A DNA stretch of 5,377 nucleotides, taken from the NCBI GenBank assembly GCA_964035545.1, contig CAXIUT010000021.1, positions 1 through 5,377 of the forward strand. The letters run 5' to 3'. Positions 1 through 5,377 of the stretch are shown piece by piece (within the stretch, counting starts at the first letter, position 1; each line of letters begins with the position of its first letter). The stretch is from Bugula neritina. Its lineage: Eukaryota; Animalia; Bryozoa. Under the pieces are notes generated by a model. It was not told where the DNA came from. It ran no database searches and saw nothing but the letters and a program-made list of their open reading frames with translations. A program made the position numbers and the translations under genes.

Positions 1-95
1 CCCAACCCCAACCCCAACCCCAACCCCAACCCCAACCCCAACCCCAACCCCAACCCCAACCCCAACCCCAACCCCAACCCCAACCCCAACCCCAA
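1..95 (+). repeat. Left telomere, (CCCCAA)n
   Basis: Perfect tandem CCCCAA hexamers from base 1 to 95, C-rich strand at the 5' end as expected for a left chromosome end; same unit as the Tetrahymena macronuclear telomere. Confidence 0.98.
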
Positions 96-241
96 AGGAA
101 ATTATGATTTAGTTATTATTAAACATCTTTTATTTGATGATAATTCATCATTTAGGCTAGAATTCTTTTATATTAATGTTTGATATTTTTAAAAATCTAT
201 TTTTTTCATTCAACAATAAAAATAAAGGAAAATACCTATAA

Positions 242-730
242 ATGTTGAGAAAAATACTATCCGTTATCATATTTCAGTTTGTCATTGATATCATTTAAAG
301 TTAATGTAATTTGACATTAGTTGGTATGATTATAATACTTTCTCAAACTTATCAAACTAACTATAAATCGACTCATAAACCTTTTTTATCATCAGACTGT
401 CGGAAGATCATTGTGTTGATTATTCTGGGATAGTAGGTATCTTTAAAATGAAAAACCTTATTTAGACGAAAACATGAGAAAAAACCTATTTGTTCTTTAA
501 AAATACAAAGAAACAAAGACTCTCTGTTTTGCTCATCTCTTGAAAAGATCCTAATTTACTTATTTAGAGACAGATATCTCTGTTTCTTTGATTATTTTGA
601 TTGTAAGAGTTGTTTTTTGTTTATTTAGTTCAATAGAATCTTTATTTTGGAAAAAGGTGAAAGAAAACTTGATATAAAAAGTCTTTTTAAAAAAGAACGA
701 TTTTTAAAGGTAAAATCAGTCCTCTAGTGA
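242..730 (+). CDS. Hypothetical spliced protein (tentative model; start could be ATG 176, 242 or 304)
   Basis: With TAA/TAG=Gln and candidate GT-AG introns 281-300 (20 nt), 437-465 (29 nt) and 609-628 (20 nt), one frame is joined: MLRKILSVIIFQF|LMQFDISWYDYNTFSNLSNQLQIDSQTFFIIRLSEDHCVDYSGIV|DENMRKNLFVLQKYKETK...LIVR|FNRIFILEKGERKLDIKSLFKKERFLKVKSVLQ-TGA(728-730). No recognisable domain; exon structure is inferred only. Confidence 0.35.
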
Positions 731-784
731 AGTAAAATTATCTATTTGATTTGATATTTTTGTTGATATGAATTTAATAAAGTA

Positions 785-1717
785 ATGGAAAATAAAAAGG
801 AAGTGATAGAGATATAGATAGATGAAGAATAAGGGAAAAATATAAGCTATTTAGAAGAGAGATAGCCAATAATAGCTTAAAAAATAGTTTCCAAATCGAA
901 AAAAGATTCTTTAAAGTCTAAAAAGAGTTCAAAAAGAGAAACTAATGGAGGATAAAATGGATCAATTTCTAACAATGGCAACTCATTAAGCCAAAACAGC
1001 ATTTAATAAGACTTTTAAGTTTTAGTGAACCAAGGTAGAAGTAAAAAATAGAAAAAACAGTAAAATAATACTGAACAGAAGATGAGCTATTCTTTAGAAA
1101 AGCTTATTCTTAAACCTCCTTATCTATCAATTAGTAAAGGAAATATCGTTAGTGGAAGCTTTGGACATGGAACATTCATCTTTAAAAGGCCTATAATTGA
1201 AGGATATTACTATCTGGAGTTTATCATCAGAAATGATAATCCAAACCACAAAAAAACAGCTTATAGTTCAGCTATAAGGGTGGGAATATGTCCAATTGAC
1301 TTTAATTCATCATTTCCATTAGGATATGGATAAAGTATAGCTTATAAATCTTTAGACGGTTCAATAATAAGATCAAGGTAAGTTATTGAAAAATCTAAGA
1401 GCAGTATGGTAGATGATGTGATTGGAGTTAGTTTAAACATGATGCCTCCTCCAAAATATTCTAATCCTTTGTAAAATAGTGAAGAAAGCACTCTTACTTT
1501 TTATAAGAATGGTGAAGTTATATCAGTATGTAGGTCTTTAAAACAGATTTACTATTGTTTTGCTGTAAGTTTGTTCAATTATAGTCGAATTGAAGTACTA
1601 TGTCAGTAGAAAGTTAATTTAAAAATGTCTGGAGAGCCTCGTCATTACTATTCTTGTTTGCAGGAGAAAATAGGATACAAAAATCTTTAGCTTAAGAAAA
1701 GTCTTTTTAACTTATGA
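785..1717 (+). CDS. ASH2L/Bre2-like SPRY-domain protein (COMPASS/Set1 complex subunit-like), 310 aa, intronless
   Basis: ATG 785 to TGA 1715-1717 is open when TAA/TAG are read as sense. After a K/S/N-rich N-terminus: GYYYLEFII..SAIRVGIC..FPLGYGQSIAYKSLDG..DDVIGVSLNM..STLTFYKNG..YCFAVSLFN, matching in order the ASH2L SPRY motifs GAWYFEI, ARLGW, APLGYDKFSYSWRSKKG, GDVLGFYINLP, IIFYKNG, YFPAISLY (recalled motif pattern, no search run). Confidence 0.85.
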
Positions 1718-1727
1718 ACTAAACTTA

Positions 1728-2750
1728 TCATGATACTATTTAATATGATATTTTAACTATTTATTGATTATTTTATTAATTATGAACTATGTTTTCCTTT
1801 AATTTTACACTGCTCTAAATATTCTTTGATTATTCATCCATATTATTCACCTTTTTATTCAAAAGGATTCGTAATTTTGTCATTCTCTCATTTATATATT
1901 CTTCTATATGCTTTTAATGAATTCGATTTTGATACAACTTGTGATTATCGGTTAAAAATTGATATTTAACTCAACATTTTTCATCATCATTGATACGTTT
2001 ACTATATTTTAAGCATTTAAATCGATCTATACTTATTTTCTTTATATCTCTAAACATTTTAAAGATTATTTATTCGTCTTTAAAGTCAATTTTTATCTTT
2101 TAAGAAGCAAGATTATTTTCTTAAAAAATAATAACTAAATAAGAATTAAAGAGTTGATAATAAATCATTTTTTTTGTTTATTTTTCTGATAAATAGATAA
2201 TTTACTTTAAATATAGCGGAAAAGGTTTTCATTCTCTTATAATTATTAAATAGTATATCGTAGTATTAATTAGATAAGAATTTGAGGTTTCAAAAAAGAG
2301 AAAGGAAGATAATCTAAATAATATTAAAAGTGCTGATTAAGTGATTTATAATCATGAAATCTATAGTTTTTGAGTTCCTATGATCTTTTGTATTATTTAT
2401 TCTGATTTTAGAGAAGAGAATTAAAATAAAGCCTAAAATACAAATTTTTATATTTATTAAATATTTTTAAACAAATCATCTTTATTTGTCCTTTCTACAT
2501 CCCTCTTTATCTAAATCATGTATTTTTAAATAAAAAGCTTTAGTTTTGTAACATTTTTCCTCATAAAAATATCAAAATAGCTTTTCATAAGTAGGTTAAA
2601 GAAAACAGAGGTTTGATAAAAGCAGAAGTAGTTCACATAGTTGGTGGGCATGTCGGGAGTATAATGAGGTGATTATAAAGAAGAAATATTGAGTAGAGAG
2701 AATTTGGGATTATAACTCTAAAAAGTTAAAGGGTAATAGTTATAAAGCAT
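1728..2750 (-). CDS. Hypothetical protein, divergent from the PZP gene; ends at TGA 1973-1971 (239 aa) or, with read-through, TGA 1730-1728 (320 aa)
   Basis: ATG at 2750 follows an AT-only run (TTAATTAATTTATATAATTAA). It reads MLYNYYPLTFQSYNPKF...QIKRDVERTNKDDL, then a candidate AT-rich 40-nt intron (2472-2433) and a 20-nt intron GTAAATTATCTATTTATCAG (2205-2186), then ...KIKIDFKDEQIIFKMFRDIKK...NDDEKC-TGA. The same frame continues for 80 more protein-like codons. No firm homology. Confidence 0.5.
2186..2205 (-). other. Candidate 20-nt intron of the minus-strand gene
   Basis: Minus strand GTAAATTATCTATTTATCAG, same length as the PZP introns; joins two protein-like frames. Confidence 0.6.
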
Positions 2751-2899
2751 TTAATTATATAAATTAATTAAGGAGAAGGCAAGAAAGTTTTAATTAGATA
2801 GTATACTTGTTCTTGAGCAGACTTTAATTATTCTGCCTTTTATTTTTTGAATCGTATTAGAGCCATTTTATCATAACCTGAAAGTAGATATTTCAAAGC
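2751..2899. promoter_or_regulatory. Putative bidirectional promoter/5'UTR region
   Basis: 149-nt spacer between head-to-head ATGs (2750 minus, 2900 plus). The position is inferred from the gene models and no motif was identified; it could hide an extra 5' exon. Confidence 0.4.
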
Positions 2900-4444
2900 A
2901 TGGAATCTGATTTACCTGTTAAAACTACTAAAAAACCAACAACTCATCGTAGAAGGGCAGCTGATGTTTCCGAGTTCTAAAGTTAGATCACTCTTCATCT
3001 CGATTAATTCTTGAGATATTTCAATTACTACTACCCTGGCAAGAATAAAGACGAAATCATAAGTTTCTATTATATAATTTAGATTAATGTATTTCGGGCA
3101 GTGCTTATTGGTTCATCTTTGACTCTCAATTCTACTCAGAAAATATAGAATTTGAAAAGAGCAAAGTCGAACAACTCAGAAAAAAGTCAGCACTCAAAAA
3201 CGGAATCTACCCACCGACCAAAGATGCACTTGAAGAGGAAAAATTCATCCTTATGGTCAGAAAAATCATCACAGATCGTCATCCTTTCCACAATCTTCAT
3301 GATATAAGATCAACAACAATCCAATAAGCAACCTAATGTCTTTAATAAAACCTTACTATTCATGAATCTAAGATATCAGAGGCAATCTAAACTGTATCTA
3401 CAGCTCTAGCGAAAGACAACTAGGAAAATCATCAGAGATTGTAGGCAGTTGGAATTCCTTCAATAAGATCATCTCCTTTATTCGCTTATGAACAATTGTA
3501 GAAAGAGGTGATAAGCAAATCAGTTTAGAAAGCGATCTAGAAGGAGCAACAACCTCGTTGCGATTTTTGTTTCACTAGAGATAGATAGATCGTTAAATGT
3601 TATGTACTTATATTTTAAAAAAGAATTGCGATTTGTATGTGCACGGACTTTGTTTTCCTAAGGTTCCTAAAAGGAGTGAAGACTTTTTATGCGATCAGTG
3701 TTCCAATTAAATACCTGGGAATGCTCAATGTTAATTATGTCCTGTTGAAGGTGGGCATTTTCTTGAATTGATGGATGACACTCCTGTTACATCTTATAGT
3801 AGTTTGAAAGTTATTTAGAAATCAAAAAAGGAGATTCTAATTTGAGATTTAAAATTAGCAAAAAAACAGAAGTAAATAGAAAAAGACAATTTATTCATAT
3901 ATCTTGTTTTGTATTGCATCCTGATTGTAAGTACAATCAATCTGAAGGAAAAGTAGAAGGGTTTCACTTGATAGATAGAAATCGTAAGAATGCAAGTATC
4001 TGTTTGATTTGTGGCAATATGGTGGGATTGACTGTTACTTGCACCAATTAAACATGTAGAAGAGCTTATCACCCTGAATGTGCCAAGCGAAACAACCTTA
4101 AAATAAACGTTATCAAGGCAAACAACAAATCACTTCTTGAGATATACTGCGAAAGACACAAAAAACCTGAAAGTTATGAGATACTTAAGGATAGTGTAAG
4201 CAATAGAGTCAGAGAATTGAGGAAGTTTTATGAGAGCCTGGACTATCGAATAAAAAGATATGGAGTCAACCATTCTGTGAACAGACAGAAGAAACAAACC
4301 AAAGTTGAGGATAACTTAAAGTTGGATCTTTGTCTTCGATGTTCTGGATAAAATACTGAGGATCAGGAAATAACTAACTGTAGGAGGTGTTATGGTTGGA
4401 GGCATGATGAGTGTTCTTCAGTCTGTCCTCTTTGTGATGCTTGA
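2900..4444 (+). CDS. PZP (PHD-Zn knuckle-PHD) chromatin reader, JADE/BRPF/AF10/Nto1-like, plus C-terminal short PHD-like finger; 494 aa; exons 2900-3062, 3083-3603, 3624-3798, 3819-4444
   Basis: After removing three 20-nt GT-AG introns: PHD1 CDFC..VKCY|NCDLYVHGLC..FLCDQC; Zn knuckle CQLCPVEGG..FIHISC; PHD2 CLIC..GLTVTCTNQTCRRAYHPECA..IYCERH; C-terminal CLRC..CRRC..WRHDEC..CPLC then TGA 4442-4444. Introns 2 and 3 are required to keep the Zn ligands in one frame. Confidence 0.92.
3063..3082 (+). other. 20-nt spliceosomal intron 1 of PZP gene
   Basis: GTTTCTATTATATAATTTAG; its removal joins the ATG-2900 frame to the frame leading into PHD1. Confidence 0.8.
3604..3623 (+). other. 20-nt spliceosomal intron 2 of PZP gene
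   Basis: GTACTTATATTTTAAAAAAG; its removal restores the CxxC pair C-Y|N-C of PHD1. Confidence 0.92.
3799..3818 (+). other. 20-nt spliceosomal intron 3 of PZP gene
   Basis: GTAGTTTGAAAGTTATTTAG; its removal joins CQLCP..GG to the HISC half of the Zn knuckle. Confidence 0.88.
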
Positions 4445-4655
4445 TCTTATACTATATTTATTGATAAAAGATAAATCAGAATATGATTGACAAATAAATA
4501 TATTCATTGGATGATGTTTTGTTTAAAAAAACCTAAAACCTAAAATAGATTTATTGAAAAGTGTGAAAATAATAAAAAAGAGAAGTTAGCAAGGATATTA
4601 ATTCAAAAAGATGTATGATAGCTTATAAAAATCAAATATTATATATTTAATATTG

Positions 4656-5041
4656 ATGAGTGATAAAAAACCATCTAGATTTAGAAAAGATGAAGATGCT
4701 TTTTGGAAGCCAATTTATGCCAACTACGTGAAAAATGCTATAATTGAAGCTGAAGAGTTTAAAGATGTCCAGGAAGAAGATCTTAAAAAAATGAAAAGAA
4801 TTGATCTGGCTGGAAGTATATTTGCTTTGAGTTTGGGAATTGTAGGATCATCAGATAAATGTGAAAGGAAAAGATTTAAAGAAATCTTGATAAAATTTGA
4901 AAAAGAGATGTAGTAAAGAAAAAGAATTTAAGAACAATAAAGTAATACCTCAAAACTAAGCAATATTTGGAAAAACATAAAAATAGTAATAGGTAGTTGC
5001 TGGAAAAGTGGATAAGAATATTAATAATTATCTAGCATTGA
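4656..5041 (+). CDS. Hypothetical protein; N-terminus solid, 3' end unresolved
   Basis: ATG 4656 follows an AT-rich leader: MSDKKPSRFRKDEDAFWKPIYANYVKNAIIEAEEF...IKFEKEM. The unspliced frame has no TGA before the telomere. A 20-nt intron 4913-4932 (GTAAAGAAAAAGAATTTAAG) gives a stop at 5039-5041, and a 19-nt intron 4942-4960 gives a stop at 5074-5076. Confidence 0.65.
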
Positions 5042-5190
5042 ATAGAATGAAGAAGAATATTAAAGATTAAATATGAAAAAATCAAAAAAAGACTAGAAAG
5101 GAAAGATGATTTAATTGATAAACTTTGATTAAAATTCATAATATTAAAAGGATAAAATATATTAATAATCATAACTTCTTTGGGTTTTTA

Positions 5191-5377
5191 GGGGTTGGGG
5201 TTGGGGTTGGGGTTGGGGTTGGGGTTGGGGTTGGGGTTGGGGTTGGGGTTGGGGTTGGGTATTTGACTTTAAAATAGTGGGGTTGGGGTTGGGGTTGGGG
5301 TTGGGGTTGGGGTTGGGGTTGGGGTTGGGGTTGGGGTTGGGGTTGGGGTTGGGGTTGGGGTTGGGGTTGGGGTTGGG
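5191..5377 (+). repeat. Right telomere, (TTGGGG)n, interrupted at ~5260-5277
   Basis: Tandem TTGGGG to the window end, reverse complement of the left repeat; preceded by a degenerate TTTGGGTTTTTA (5179-5190) and interrupted once by ATTTGACTTTAAAATAG. Confidence 0.97.

Noticed and set aside
1-95. Terminal repeats as CRISPR or microsatellite
   Set aside because: No spacers; terminal, inward-oriented C4A2/T2G4 hexamers are telomeres.
135-150. TGATGA-TAAT-TCATCA hairpin or snoRNA box C
   Set aside because: 6-bp stem only, and no box D (CTGA) at a suitable distance.
104-451. Unspliced 115-codon frame from ATG 104
   Set aside because: Starts inside the end motif, has I/F/L-biased composition, and such lengths are common when TGA is the only stop.
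1082-1333. Supplied ORFs 1082-1333, 3842-4051 and 4653-4913 as standalone small genes
   Set aside because: They are fragments cut at TAA/TAG by the wrong genetic code; domain motifs or open frames continue across those codons.
2487-2513. QIKRDVERT resembling the TBC Rab-GAP IxxDxxR arginine finger
   Set aside because: No downstream YxQG glutamine-finger motif was found in the frames examined; a single short motif is not enough to name the gene.
2930-2945. AAAAAACCAACAACTC resembling the Tetrahymena Cbs (TAAACCAACCTCTTT)
   Set aside because: Mismatches in the core, lies inside coding sequence (KKPTT), and the Cbs is normally eliminated from macronuclear DNA.
3815-4072. Supplied minus-strand 85-aa ORF
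   Set aside because: Antisense shadow of the PZP gene's exon 4, which has conserved Zn ligands on the plus strand.
4532-4545. CCTAAAA x2, similar to the degenerate right-end adaptor
   Set aside because: Only two copies in an AT-rich spacer; compatible with chance.

Overview
The window is a complete ~5.4 kb ciliate macronuclear mini/nanochromosome. It is capped by (CCCCAA)n on the left and (TTGGGG)n on the right, the Tetrahymena-type telomeric repeat. The supplied ORF track is fragmented because TAA/TAG are sense codons here (most likely Gln, translation table 6 family) and genes carry tiny GT-AG introns, most of them exactly 20 nt. Re-read this way it holds two well-supported chromatin-regulator genes: an ASH2L/Bre2-like SPRY protein (785-1717) and a PZP (PHD/Zn-knuckle/PHD) protein with three 20-nt introns (2900-4444). 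Three less certain hypothetical genes are also present (~242-730 +, 2750-1971/1728 -, 4656-~5040/5130 +). Most notable are a shared motif CCCAAAG(G)AA(A/G)TTATGATT at both telomere junctions (candidate breakage/telomere-addition signal), fixed-length 20-nt introns, two genes whose ends hint at context-dependent stop codons, and an intron-like 17-19 nt insertion inside the right telomere.
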